A stretch of 64,000 bases of DNA from Lepidodermella squamata (GCA_047495785.1 JBLDXI010000017.1:1054001-1118000), one strand, 5' to 3'. Numbered from the stretch's first letter, positions 39,751 through 53,535 are shown. Numbers and translations: made by a program. The notes: a model not told the origin generated them from the sequence alone.

Positions 39751-41963
39751 TGATGGCCGACAAATTTTTATCAATGACGTTGAAAACCAGAATTTTCTTT
39801 CATTTTTTTAATAATATTATTATTATTAATACCATTACTATTTATATACGGGAAAACGCGCATTCTAAAAACGTGTATATAGCGAAATTTTTATTTAAGG
39901 TGTTGTATAAAGAATACCAATATTGTTGTCGACTTTTCTCTTCTCTTTTCTTGTTTTCGGTTTCTCGAAACAAACTGCGCTGCAATCGTTTCTTGTGTCT
40001 TGTTTTATCCAAGCATAAAAAAATTTATAGTAATTATTCTAAAAAGGAAAGGCGCTGACAGGCCCCGGTTTTTACTTCTTGTTCAAGTTTTGCGACTGAT
40101 CTAAAATCGGAGCACGAATTTATTGAGAAAAAAAACAAACTCGTCGTCATTTGATTTTTTGTTATCATCTTGCATGTGGTTGTGTACGTATTGCGAAGTG
40201 TCTGTTAGCGCGATTTTTTATGTCTCTTCAAATTTTTTATACGTGTATAACCATTGCGGTAATGACAAGAGACTGGAACAGTAAAAAAAAGGCTGGCTGA
40301 TTTTTGAAATCGAATTCCCGGTGAGAAAACAGTTTTTGCATTACATGATTTCCTTGTCTCAATTTCGAAGCTATTCGTCGGCTTTATCTTAACTACATAC
40401 GGTTTAAATTTGGTATTGTATACAAAATTATTACCGGTTTAATTTCTATCATCTGCTTGTTATTCGACCGGGCGCTTTTTTATATTGTAATTATCTCTAT
40501 CTTCTTCTAAAATTATTTCGACTTTTTATAAATATATATTATATAGCTGACTTTCTCGACTGATAAATTAGGGAGAATTATAACTAGATTATAGCACCAT
40601 TCTATTTTCTTTCTACCCTGGTAATTTTAATATGAAAAAAACATATCATTTCTATAAAAAAAATTCGAATTATAGTGGTTGTGCATTTTATGGAAAAAAA
40701 ATTCAGATGAATAACTATCGTTTGGTACATGAAATACCTATCAATCTTTTGCGTGTGGTTGTCTACAATTTCTTCTATCAAGAAAGTAACAATGATAACC
40801 AGCTGTTTTTTTTCTGAAAAACCACAATCTTAACACGCCTATTTGCTCTGCAACAAACGCGTCTCATATTTCGGGTAAAATTCAATTTCTTTTATCTTGT
40901 GTTAATTCAGTCGTTAAACTAGTATTTTGAGCAAATTATTGACTGATTTAATCAAAAAAATCGGGGCAATTTATTTCGACGATATGCGCCTAACAATCGA
41001 CGTTATCTTATAGCTATATCAACTCTCTTTAAGATGCGGTATATAAATTGACGAATATACCTGTTATTTCACAACTGATATTCATTTTTAAGAGGAAGCT
41101 TTTTGTGACAGAAAAATATCTGTTCGAAATTCACATATATAATTGGCTCTATATATAAATGATTGATGACAAAGTAGAACACTTTTTTGACTGTTCTTTT
41201 GATTTCTATACATCTCCCTCTGATCCGCGATACTGTCTTTTTTGTTGAAATTATGAAATTATTGAAAAATAATAAAAATGCGGGCTTCTTATTTGAAACT
41301 TGTTGTCTCGGTTTGAATTTACATTGGTTAAATTTGGTTGCAGATTGCTGGCTGAAAAATAGACGCTGGACGCGGATATTCGATTTTTTATCCATTTTGG
41401 AAAAGGATATTCGAAGAGTTATAAAATTTCCACGCTCTTCAATTACGGAAAAAATGAAAGGGACATCAAGATCAAGATCTTGTATAAATCCTCACATCGG
41501 GAAGCCTTGGATGTGCTTATTAGGCAACCGGAAAATACCCTTCAAAAAGTATTCTGAGAACCTAATTACGCTGTAGATTTCAACGAAGGTTTTGTAACTC
41601 GTTCATTGCTCATTAAAAGCCCCTTGATAAAAGGTATAATAGTGGAATCGATTTTCCGTATATAGGGTTTGAAAATATTCAGCTGACGGATGCCACTCCT
41701 TCACTAGGCAATCCTGTTTTCAGATATTGAGGAAAATGAGTGAGATTCACATTGGAATAGGAATTGAAATTTGCAGGCTGAAGAAAATTGATACTTATTC
41801 GGGAATAAGTCATTTTGGGCGGTCGGCTTCAGTTATTTAGTTTCTTTCAATTTTTCAATCGTTCTTTCCTCATCAGGAGCAAACGCCGGAATCTGAAACA
41901 GGACTGCACGTTTAAATCGAATGGAACTGAACTAATATGACGAGACTGAACGGACAACTGTGA

Positions 41964-42695
41964 TACCGTAATGGTGGTTATTTTGGACAAAAACATGGTT
42001 TTCAGCTCTAGAAAATCAGGAAAAAATTATACAAATGTGAAACTTTCAGGGCATGAGGGGGGGGCCACATCCGATCTCTGGGCAAAATTTGGTAATTTTC
42101 TCATTTTACCTTGATTTTATAAAAATGGTGCGTGGTTAGGCTAAATTTGGACACTTCATTAGCATATTCATAATTGTCGGAATGCGTGCAGAACTTGAAA
42201 CTTTTCTTGAAATTCCTAAAAAAATGCGCACATGGTGCAAAGAAACTGATGACGTCATCCAAACTCGATTCAAATTTTTTTCCCGCTATTTTTCTCTCAA
42301 CGCATTTATTATGTCCAAAATTACCCCACGTGTGGCCTAAACTTTGAGGTCACCTGTACCGAATTCCCGTCGACAAAGGTCAATTATTATTTTGCCAGTC
42401 GAGAGTTCATGGTGTCAGTTGCCACTGGTAAAAATTTCAAGTCGAGATATATTCAGATTGACTGGGAATTAGGGGGTCCCAAATCGACGTTTAGAGACAT
42501 CCTACCTTTTCAATTTTTGTTGAAGACAGGTAACTTCCATTATACCTCGTATTTGGTACCGTTGGAAAGCCCAACTCTCAAGGAATCTGAGGATTTTTAC
42601 CGATATTTTTATTCACCATCCTGATCGAGCAAAATTTAGCTGATAAGGTGTAGTGTCCAAATTTAGCCTGTCCAAAATTACCCAGCGTTACGGTA
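41964..42695. mobile_element. ~730 bp non-autonomous DNA transposon (MITE-like) with TA ends and sub-terminal repeats
   Basis: The left end taccgtaatggtggttattttggaca matches the reverse complement of the right end, taccgtaacgctgggtaattttggaca. There is a perfect internal 18-bp inverted pair, aggctaaatttggacact (42138-42155) and agtgtccaaatttagcct (42652-42669). A further tgtccaaaattaccc copy is at about 42312. No transposase ORF. Confidence 0.72.
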
Positions 42696-42750
42696 TGCCC
42701 ATTTTTTTCCTTTAACTTTGCTCGAGCTTCCTCATTGGATTCAGACTCGC

Positions 42751-42774
42751 TAAATAAATAAATAAATAAATAAA
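42751..42774 (+). repeat. (TAAA)6 microsatellite
   Basis: taaataaataaataaataaataaa. Confidence 0.9.
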
Positions 42775-43004
42775 AATGACCAGATTCTCATATTGCGTCC
42801 GTCAAAAATAGGCTGCTGTTAAGCTGCGATGAAAAAGGTCAGTAAAAAAGGCCGAAACTCATTTTTCGGACATCCGTCCTCGAGCAAGGGTGAGCAGACT
42901 TACAGCAGTTCATTGTCAGTTTGCCGCGAACTCGGAGCTTAATCGGCTTATCGAACCTTTTAAAGCTCGGCAAAGCGAGGTTCTTTCAAGTTATTCGCCG
43001 AAAA

Positions 43005-45940
43005 ATGGCATTCGCTTTCCAAACTCTGATTCTACTCATCAGTTTTGCCGCACTGAAAGCTGTTCAATATTGTAAGATCATTATTCGATTAACCGCCGTT
43101 TAATTTCGAAACTTTGAACAGGTGACAATGACTGCAAAACTGGCGATGGCAGCTTTTGCGTAAAAGACGATCCTAGTTCGTTCAGCATTTGCCTATACGG
43201 CAAGCGCATCGATGTGAAAAAATGCCCGGGCGGTCTCGTTTTCGATATCGTTCAAAAAACTTGCAAATGGCCGAGCGACGTCACCGGAAATCAGTGTCCG
43301 TGCGAAGGATCCACAACATCCAGCACAACGTCTACAACCACGACCGCGAAGAAGACTACCACTACTACCACCCCGACTAGGTTAGAAATTTATACAATAA
43401 AATAATTACATTCAGAATACTTTTTTCATTCAGGACAGCTAGTAGCGCTTCTACTTCACGTTTGTCTACCACCCGAGTCACCACTACGGCTGCTTCTACA
43501 ACTACCCCTGCTAGGTTGAATTTCGAAGAATTTTCATGTTGCAACTAGGAATTTCCTGTATATTTAGGACTACTATAACTAGCACTAAGCCTACCACGAC
43601 TACCGCGAGCCATGCTTCACCATCTAGCCCCTCTACCACCCGGAGTACCACTACTGCGAAAACTACTACCCCCTCCACCACCAGGAGTACCACTACTGCT
43701 AAAGCTACTAGCCCCTCTACCACCCGGAGTACCACTACCACTAAAACTACTACCCCTGCTAGGTACATTTTATCGATTATTGCCTCGAATTTTCATAATT
43801 TTTCTGAATTTTTAGGACAACTCAAACTAGCACTAAGCCGACTACCACTACTACCACGAAAGCTTCAACGTCTCGCCCGTCTACGACCCGGGCTACCTCT
43901 ACTACGGCTCCATCTACTACTACGACCCCTGTCAGGTAAGAAACATTCCTCATATTTCTAATAGTCTTAACTTTGTCTCAATTTTTTAGGACTACTACTA
44001 CTACTACTTTTACCAGTACCAGTACTACCTCACCTCCAACTTCGACAAGGCCGTCTGACCCTACGAATAACTTTCATCGAATTTGCTACTTCACAAACTG
44101 GTCAGTCTATCGCAAAGGCCCGGCTAGCTACACCGCGGCTAATGTCGACCCTTTCCTATGCACCCACATCATTGTCGCTTTTATGCGGCTTCAAAACGCT
44201 CAAATTTCCTACTTGGAAAATGCTGATAGCACCACGTTGGCGACCCTGACCAAGCTGCGAAATAAACAAAATCCGGCCCTGAAAATTATGGTTGCTGTCG
44301 GTGGCTGGAATGCCGGATCAGGCCCCTTCACCGAAGTTCTTGCGGATAAGTCCCAAAGGTAGGAAAGAAATCTACTTAATAAATGGTGTAAAATATTAAT
44401 TTTTGCGTAGTTTCATCAACCAAGCTATTTCATTCCTTCGCCAAAACGATCTTGATGGTTTGGATATTGATTGGGAGTAAGTTTGAATACATTTTTCAAA
44501 CCTTCCCTACTTAAACCCGGAATTTTTAGGTATCCTTCCGGTTACGTTAGCCAGTACAGCAGTTGGATGTTGGTGAGTTTATCTATTTTTCGTAATCGAT
44601 TCTTCGATTTTTTATATGGTTTATAGGCCATGCGGTCGGCGTTTGAAGCCGAGGCGCGCAAAACTGGGCTGAACAGGTTGCTTTTGTCTGCCGCGGTTTC
44701 AGCTGGCGCTGGAACTATCGATTCCGCCTACGACGTTCCGAAGTTATCGCAAGCCGTTGATTTCATCAATGTGATGTCCTACGACTTGAACGGCGCTTGG
44801 AATCCGAAAACTGGCCTCAATTCCGCGATTCAAAGCAGCGATCAATTTAACGTGGTATTTTAGTCGAAATTCGCGTTTTGTACTTTTTCAAATTTTAAAT
44901 TTAAATCTTGAGAAATTCGCGGCTGAATACTGGGCTAAAAAAGGTGCCGATAAATCGAAGCTGGTCGTTGGCGTGCCAATGTATGGCCGTAAATTCAAGC
45001 TCTGTGATAGCAACACGAAGAACCCTGGCGTTGGCACTCGAGCCTGCGGATCAGGCGATGCTGGTATGTTCACAGGCGAATCGGGCTTTGAAGCTTACTA
45101 CGAGTCCTGCTTGAAACTGCAATGCGCGTCCGGCAATTGGGTCACGGCGTGGGACGACAACGGCCAGGCGCCTTACATGTACGCCGGTAATCAATGGATA
45201 ACGTATGAAAACATCACGAGCATTGCGGCCAAGGTTAATTTCGTTAAATCGAATAAATACGGAGGAGTCATGGTTTGGGTAAGGTCAAAATGTGGGACAT
45301 TGTGAATTTTTCACTATTTAACTGTAAAATAGGCAATTGATCTGGACGATTTCAACGATATTTGCGGTTCAGGTGTCAAGTATCCTCTAATGAATACTCT
45401 TGTCGCGGTATAATTAAAATATTCATTTTTTCATTAAAGAAAGTTTTTTTTTATAATTTTAAGGTGGCTACAAATGGACCGATTCCCAAGTTGAACCCAA
45501 CGCTGAAACCAACTGTCGACCCTTGCACCGGGGCTGGCTCAGGTGGTAGCAGTGGCGGCTCGTCAGCCTCAGATTCTGCCCTTGACAAATGTATTTTATT
45601 ACTCTTAATAATTAAATTTATTTTGCTAATAAATTCATATTTTTAAGGTGACAACAAGTGCGCAAATGACGGCATGTATTGCATGCCTAACAACCCGGCT
45701 CAGTTCTACCAATGCCTCCAGGGCACTCGCTACCCGCCTCAAACGTGCCAATCCGGCCTTTCATACAACTACAAACTTAAAAACTGCGACTGGGCCGCTA
45801 ATTACCCCGGCTGCAACTGCGTCCTTCCCGTAACCAGCACAATCAAATACGCGTATTTCGCAAATGGCGCTATACCGTCGGAGAATGACACCATTACAAC
45901 AGCGGCGCCGGTTGAAAATGTCAATCGCACCGTGTCCTAA
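43005..45940 (+). CDS. Chitinase 1 (signal peptide-CBM14-Thr-rich linker-GH18-CBM14); exons 43005-43071, 43122-43380, 43434-43514, 43568-43762, 43816-43935, 43990-44358, 44411-44476, 44530-44572, 44627-44854, 44913-45278, 45333-45407, 45464-45590, 45648-45940
   Basis: GH18 motifs CYFTNWSVYR, LCTHII, KIMVAVGGW, DGLDIDWEYP, MSYDLNGAW and GVMVWAIDLDDF. Chitin-binding type-2 motifs CPGGLVFD...CKWP and CQSGLSYN...CDW. Confidence 0.95.
43629..43754 (+). repeat. Three 42-bp tandem repeats encoding PSTTRSTTT(A/T)K(T/A)T(T/S)
   Basis: The translation reads PSTTRSTTTAKTTT / PSTTRSTTTAKATS / PSTTRSTTTTKTTT with near-identical DNA. Confidence 0.88.
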
Positions 45941-46117
45941 ACCGTTGTTCACTTGATAATTGTTCTCATACCCAGTGTTTTACCAATAAAAATTGCGTAA
46001 TTGGGAATTTTGATTGTCTCTTTTGATGTCGCACACCTGAATGACAAAAGACAGGGAGGAGTGTGAGTGGGGGTTGAACATCGACATCAATGCCCACAAT
46101 CAGTTACACCGTTACAC

Positions 46118-46124
46118 TATATAA
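46118..46124 (+). promoter_or_regulatory. Candidate TATA box, chitinase 2
   Basis: TATATAA about 50 nt upstream of the ATG at 46168, within a 227-nt intergenic gap. Confidence 0.5.
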
Positions 46125-46167
46125 GAGCAGAATTTGGAGAACAATCATCACATTGTCACATTTTGCC

Positions 46168-48509
46168 ATGATTTTTATTACTCCGGTGTTGGTTTTCGCT
46201 TTTTTGAGCGGAGCAGCAAGCGCATTACAATATTGTAAGAAATTTTCTTGAAAATGTTCAAGCGCATCATTTGTAATCTTTCAAGGTGATAGCGACTGTA
46301 AGGCAGGCGATGGTTACTACTGCGTCAAGGGCGAACCGAACGCGTTCAGCATTTGCGTCGGCGGGTCTCGTCTGGGCACCCTGAGATGCCAGTCGCCCCT
46401 GGTGTTCGACATCTCACAGAATGCCTGCAATTGGAAAGATCAAATTCAGGGCGAACAATGCCCTTGCATACCGCCTACAACGCCAGGCCCGACTACTCCA
46501 TTCACTACAGCAGCTATGACCAAATGGTAATTTAATTCTTTAATTTAATTAAGCCTAAAATTTCTCAATTATTTAAATTATTTTTTCAATAAAAAAATTT
46601 CGTAGAGAAAAAATTTACAAATTTAAAATTAAAATTAAATTAAATTAAATTAATTAAAAATCGTATATTGTTTAGGACTGGCGCTCCTCCAGTGACAAGG
46701 CCGCCAACTCCGGCCGGTTTTCAACGCGTTTGCTATTTCACGAACTGGTCCGTTTACCGGAAAGGCCCCGGTAGCTACACCGCCGCCAACGTCGATCCTC
46801 TCATGTGCACCCACATCATTGTCGCGTTCATGAAGCTGTCCCAAGGCGTCATTTCCTACCAAGAAACCGCCGATCCTGATACGCTGAAAGCGCTGACAAA
46901 GTTGCGCGATGAGAAGAATCCGGCGCTGAAAATTATGGTGGCAATCGGCGGGTGGAACGCGGGCTCTGGGCCGTTTATTGAAGTCGTTAAAAGTCAATCG
47001 TCTCAGTTCCGTTTCATCAGTCAAGCCATTTCTTGGTTGCGTCAACATGATCTAGATGGTTTGGACATCGATTGGGAGTATCCATCGGGCTACGTCAGCC
47101 AATACAGTGATTGGATGCAGGTATACATTTTTTCATTTTTTTGGATTCAAATTAGTTAAAATTAATTTGAAATTTTGAAAATAATTTAAATGATTTAAAA
47201 TAAATTTTTGTATAGAGCATCCGGGATGCCTTTGAAAAAGAAGCCGAGGCAACGGGCCTGAACCGCCTTCTATTAACGGCCGCAGTTGCCGCCGGTACTT
47301 CGAACATCGACTGGGCTTACAATGTCCCGCGACTATCTCAAGCCGTTGATTTCATTCTCCTAATGTCCTACGATCTAAACGGTGCTTGGAATGCGTTTAC
47401 TGGGCTGAATTCAGCTATTACTGGCGGCGAACCTCTTTCAGTTGTAAGTACAAAGAAATCCCAAAAATTGCTAATCAGTAATTTTTCTGATTTTTCATAG
47501 TCTTTCGCTGCGAATTATTGGGTGCAAAAAGGCGCTGATCGCCGCAAGGTTGTAGTCGGTGTCCCAACTTACGGTCGAACCTTCAAGCTGTGCAACCCCG
47601 GCCCGACTCAAACCGGTATCGGAGCCCGAGCTTGTGGCCCCGGTAACGCGGGTGTCATGTCGGGAGAAGCTGGTTTCGAAGCTTATTACGAGTCATGCCT
47701 GAAATTGCAATGCTCATCGGGCGGCTGGACGTCGGTTTGGAATAGCCAAGGCCAGGTTCCTTACATGTACTCGGGCAATCAATGGATTTCTTACGAAAAT
47801 GCAACCAGCATTGCTGCCAAGGTCGAATTTGCTAAGAGCAATAATTACGCCGGTGTTATGGTTTGGGTAAGAATTTTTTTAATTAAAATGAATAATTTTC
47901 TGAAATTTTTCTGAAATTTCAGGCTCTTGATTTGGATGATTTCAATGACATTTGCGGTTCCGGAGTCAAATCACCTTTGATGTCAACTCTTGTCGCTGTG
48001 AGTTTAAACACTTCAAGCAGTTGAAAATTTGTTACTGATTTTATTTCAGGCTGCTCAAAATAGACCATTGCCAACTTTCAATTCTGTCCCGAAACAGACT
48101 GTCAACCCGTGTGATCCGCTTTCTTCCTCTGGACCCAGCGGTGGAAGTGGTGGGACAGTTACTTCATCCCCTCTATCAGCCTGTAAGTTTTGTAGCCTTT
48201 AAATAAAAAATTTAATTTTTTAATTTTTAAGGTGACAATAATTGCGCGAGGACAGGATTTCACTGCGTTCCGGGCGATGCAACGAAATTTTATCAGTGCG
48301 AGAACGGCGTTCGTCACCCGCTTCAAACTTGCCAGCCCGGCCTTAATTTCAACATCGGCACAAACTCATGCGACTGGCCGGCAAATTGCCCTCCGTGCAC
48401 CTGCTCCGTCAAACGCGAACTCATGGCAGGTATCGATGACACAAATGACATCATAAACCACGCCAATCGCCACCATAACTTTAACCGCTTGCGTGAAATG
48501 TGGATGTGA
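46168..48509 (+). CDS. Chitinase 2 (SP-CBM14-GH18-CBM14-tail); exons 46168-46234, 46286-46526, 46676-47120, 47216-47443, 47501-47866, 47923-47997, 48050-48182, 48232-48509
   Basis: Signal peptide MIFITPVLVFAFLSGAASA, CYFTNWSVYR, DGLDIDWEYP, MSYDLNGAW, GVMVWALDLDDF and two CBM14-type domains. Confidence 0.95.
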
Positions 48510-48670
48510 TGAGATCAATTGTTCGAAAAATAAAACTTTTAGGTGGCTCAGACTTGTTTTTGTCCAGAGTCTTAATTACGGACAGCAGGATAATCTGGGT
48601 GTCCTAACACATATTGGCCGTCTTAGTATTTAACGGGCGAAGATTCAGCGAAAGTTTCATTTGAAGCGAA

Positions 48671-50865
48671 ATGTTTGTTGGATTTTTGTATTCGTTTGCT
48701 GCTCTAGTCACCCTGCTACCCGGCCGAGTTCGGGGTTATATCTACTGCGATGATAACTGCTCATCGTCCGGCATGTTTTGCGTCGCTGACGACCCAGCCG
48801 CATTCAGCGTCTGCGGATCCGGGGTTCGTTTAGGCACCCTGCGCTGCCAATCAGGTCTCTACTACGACTACACGCTATCAGCTTGTAACTGGCCGAACGC
48901 AGCGCCGAAGCCTCAATGCCCGTGCCAATCAGCCGCAGCTACGACAACCCCAGGTTCAACCAGCCAGGGTGACACAACCGCCGCATCATCGACTAGTACC
49001 ACCGCGGCTCCAGTAACCCGACCTCCGGTTCCGACTGGCTTCCAACGTATTTGCTACTTCACGAACTGGTCTGTCTACCGTTCAGGCCCGGCTAGCTACT
49101 ACGCCGGAAATGTCGACCCTTTCATGTGCACCCATGTGATCGTTGCGTTCATGTCGCTGACAAACGGCAAAATCTCCTACCTGGAAGCGTCAGATGGCGA
49201 TACGTTGAAGTTTTTGACAAATCTTCGCGATACCAAAAATCCGGCTCTGAAAATTATGGTGGCTATCGGAGGTTGGAATGCTGGCTCTTGGCCTTTCATT
49301 GATGTCGTAGCCAAAAATGAAACGCAAGACAGGTTTTATTTTGAAATTTGAAATTTTTTTCAAAAATTATTCGTCCATTTTCAGCTTCATTTCGCAAGCG
49401 ATTAATTTTTTGCGAAAAAATAATCTGGATGGCCTGGACATCGACTGGGAATATCCAACCGGTTATATTCCGCAATTTATCGAATGGATAACGGTATTTA
49501 CGATTTTTTCAATTTTAAATTATTAAATCTTAAATTTAATTTTCATTTTTCAAATACCTAAAAACCTGAGATAAAAATTTTCCTATTTTCTCCAGAAATT
49601 GCGCAATGCTTTCGAAACCGAAGCGAAATCGACTGGTTCTACTCGTCTCCTGTTGTCCGCTGCTGTTTCAGCCGGGCAAGCTACCATCGACTACGCCTAC
49701 GATGTCCCAAAACTCTCGCAAGCCCTCGATTTCATCAACCTCATGTCTTATGACTTAAACGGCGCTTGGAACCCAACAACCGGTCTCAATTCTGGGCTCC
49801 ATCCGCAAAATTCACAGGACCAGTTCAACGTCGAATGGTGCGCGAATTACTGGGTCACGAAAGGGGCGGAGCCTAGTAAGATTATGATTGGCGTGCCAAC
49901 TTACGGCCGAACGTTCAAGCTATGCGATACGACTGGTAACACGGGTATTGGCGCGAAAACTTGCGGTACCGGAAGTGGCGGCTATTTCACGGCAAGTGCT
50001 GGGTTTGAAGCTTACTACGAGTCGTGCTTGAAACTGCAGTGTACCACTACGAATTGGACCGTTGTTTGGAGCTCAGCTGGCGAGTCGCCCTATATGTATG
50101 CTGGTAATCAGTGGATTTCGTTCGAAAATGCGTCCAGCATCGCTGCGAAGGTTAATTTCGCAAAATCGAATAACTTTGGCGGCGTCATGGTTTGGGTAAG
50201 AAAAACTCGAAATTACGTGGTCGTTTATTTTTAACCTCTAATTTTAGGCTCTTGACCTGGATGATTTCCAAGACATTTGCGGGTCTGGAGTCAAGTCTCC
50301 CCTTATGAAAACTTTGGTCGCTGTGAGTTTTTTTTAGAATTTTCTCAATTTTTTTTATTTGATTACTTTTCAGGTAGCTACTGGAAATCCTTTGCCTCAA
50401 TTCAATGAAAATCCAAAAGCGGCAATTTCCTCACCTTGCGACCCTGGAAACAGCGGGTCGCCTTCCGATGGCAGTGCTACTGTGCCTCCTGGGACCGTCA
50501 TCGACCTAAATGATTGTATAATTAGCCAATTTTTTTGAAAATTTTTGCTTCTAGCTGATTCCATTATAAGGTGACGAAAACTGCAAATTTGATGGAACGT
50601 ATTGCGTACCGGATAACAGCCAGTCTTTCTATCAATGTCTAGCTGGTGTTCGCTACCCGCTTCAATACTGGTAATTGAATTTTCGAACATTGATTTTTTT
50701 CATAATTTCTCGGTTTACTTTTATAGCCAATCGAATCTCTACTACAACTACTTGAACAATGCTTGCGATTGGAAGGCTAATTACCCTGGTTGCAACTGCA
50801 CGATTCCCACGACTACAACGTCGACCCAAACAACACCGTTGGCCTCAACAACTGTTCAAGCTTAA
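48671..50865 (+). CDS. Chitinase 3 (SP-CBM14-GH18-CBM14); exons 48671-49332, 49385-49493, 49596-50195, 50248-50322, 50374-50515, 50571-50670, 50727-50865
   Basis: Same GH18 motifs including DGLDIDWEYP, with N- and C-terminal CBM14-type domains. Confidence 0.95.
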
Positions 50866-51074
50866 ATTACTGTTTCTAACTGTTTCTAACCGGCTTAAAT
50901 TAAAACTTGCCTGATTTAGATTAAATGCGATTGTTTGAACATTGTCTCGTCAACTCAATAAAATAGGAGGATGCGATAAAAAATGATGTTCTTGACACGC
51001 GTGCAAATGAAAACTCGCGCTTTCATAACTTGAGAAAATTTAAATAAATTCTCAGTTGAAATTTTGAGCTAGAA

Positions 51075-53295
51075 ATGAAAATTCCAATTTTTCTAGTTTC
51101 AACTGTATTTTATTGTTCTATCCTAAAATGCTCTGGCTACATTTATTGTGATAATAATTGCCGTAGTGGTGATGGCTATTTCTGCATCTCTGACGACCCT
51201 GCCTCGTACAGCGTTTGCAATGCTGGGTCTCGAATCGGCACCTTTCAGTGTGGGACGGGTCTGTGGTGGGACGCGGCTCAGAAAGTGTGTAACTGGCCGT
51301 CGAGTATCAAAGGCAAGCAATGCCCATGTGAAAATGGGAAACCAGTGATTAATCAGCCGACATTGTCCGATCAACCCACAACTACATCGAAAAAAATTGA
51401 AAACGAGAAGCGGAAACTCAGCTTACAAAAACCTCTTTTCAGGTTGGATTTTAACAGAATTTTGAATTTTTTGAATTTTAAATATTTAATTAAATATTAT
51501 AGAGATTTATTTTCTTTATGCTTTGGCTGCTAAAGTTGAATTTTCAATCATGAATTTTTTTTTAATTTTCCAAATAATATTAATCATTTTAAGGCGCAAT
51601 AAGGAGGATAAGTCGTTCAAGAGAGTCTGCTATTTCACAAACTGGGCAGTTTACCGAAACCCTCCAGCTCGATTCACCGTGGCTGATGTTGACCCGACGA
51701 TTTGCACCCACATTATAGTGGCATTTATGAATCTAGCTGGCGGCCGAATCTCATATCGAGAACATGGCGATGCTGGCACATTAGCCGCTCTCGCTAAAAT
51801 GCGCGATGAACAAAATCCTGATCTCAAAATAATGGTGGCGATCGGTGGCTGGAACGCGGGTTCTGGTCCGTTTGTAGAAATTGTCAATTCCGAAGCCAAA
51901 ATGGATGCGTTCATCGATCAATCGATTGAATTTCTTCGCGAAAACAACATTGATGGCCTTGACATGGATTGGGAGTAAGTCATCTCTTACATCTTATCAA
52001 AATTTTTATTTAAAATTAAAATAGGTACCCTATAGGCTACAAGAGCCAGTTCTCAAATTTGATGCAGGTATTCTGAAAAATTGTTTTAATTTCATTTTTA
52101 ATATAATTTAAATTTTAGAAAATAAGTGATGCGTTTGATGAAGAAGCTGAATCTACAGGAAATAGTAGGCTAATTTTATCAGTCGCGGTCGGTGTTGGAA
52201 AGGATAAAATCGATAAGGCATATGACATACCGGCGATTTCAGACGCTGCAGATTTCATTAATTTGATGACCTATGACCTCGCCGGGCCGTGGGACACGAA
52301 AACAGGTCACAATGCCGGCATTGGAAAGCAATCACATGACGATCAGTTCAATCTACACTGGGTCGCTGAATACTGGCTAGAAAATGGCTGTAATTCGCGG
52401 AAAATGGTCCTTGGAATACCTGTTTATGGTCGGAAATTTCGGTTGACCAAAATTCGGAATGCACAAATCGGCGCCGAGGCATGTGGACCAGGTGATCCGG
52501 GTCGATTTACGGGCGAGTCTGGCTTTGAGGCTTATTATGAATCCTGTTTAAAGCTGCAGTGCTCTAAACGACGTTGGACACCAGGTTGGGATGAAATCGG
52601 CCAAGTTCCTTACATGTATTCCGGGGATCAGTGGATTTCATTTGAAAATCAATCTAGCATCATTGCGAAGGTTGAATTCGCTAAATTAAATGGCTTTGGC
52701 GGCGTCATGGTTTGGGTAAAAATTTCACCTTGAATATCGGCAAGTCTATAAAATTGAACATTTGAAACCCTAGACATTGGATCTGGACGATTTTTCTGAC
52801 ATGTGCGGCTGTGGCGTAAAATTCCCATTGATAAAAACAATAATTGCGGTAAAATCGATTTTCATTTTTTCATCGAATTTCAAAATTTTCCCTGATTCAA
52901 AAGATAGTAGCTAATAAACCTGTGCCTAAGCTGAGCAGGGTGCCCAAGCCATCAACCGAACCATGCGATCCATCCGATTCGGCTTGGATGGAACGAGATG
53001 ACGTAATCCCGGGGAATGAAGAAGCGAATTCGAAATCGACGGAAAATATTGATTTATCAATTTGCGACGATAACTGCGCCAAAGACGGTGTTTATTGCGT
53101 TCCAGATAATCCCAACGCGTTTTATAAATGTTTGGCCGGCGAAAGATATCAACTGCAGTATTGGTAAGTTTTTCACATGACGATATGCAGCTAACATTTT
53201 TACTATTTTTCAGTCAACCGGGATTGAAATACAACTACATCAGCGAATCATGCGATTGGCCAGTCAATTACAAAAAATGCAACTGTGAAATTTGA
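51075..53295 (+). CDS. Chitinase 4 (SP-CBM14-GH18-CBM14), the most divergent paralog; exons 51075-51442, 51594-51974, 52025-52067, 52119-52715, 52774-52848, 52904-53163, 53214-53295
   Basis: CYFTNWAVYR, DGLDMDWEYP, MTYDLAGPW and GVMVWTLDLDDF. The linkers are charged rather than Thr- or Gly-rich. Confidence 0.94.
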
Positions 53296-53535
53296 AAATG
53301 TGTGTAATTTTACTTGAGAAATAAAGTAATGTCCCAGAATTGGGATTAAAACTCGTGCGAATACGAAATATTAGTTTTTGTTACGCGTTCGCACTTCTTT
53401 CGCTCATCGCCGCTCATCAATTTATCTCAGCAATCACACCCTTTTTAAACAATGGTTCCCATGCCCGCCCAGGTAATAACAGGGCGTCTGGGAGTTATGC
53501 ACTATCGCACGCCTTGATCGGGACATTTCATCGCG

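Noticed and set aside
40800-41950. Possible decayed gene downstream of the ZNF541-like gene
   Set aside because: No consistent frame or recognisable protein motif on either strand.
43600-43780. Regularly spaced repeats as a possible CRISPR array
   Set aside because: They are contiguous coding tandem repeats without unique spacers, in a eukaryotic gene.
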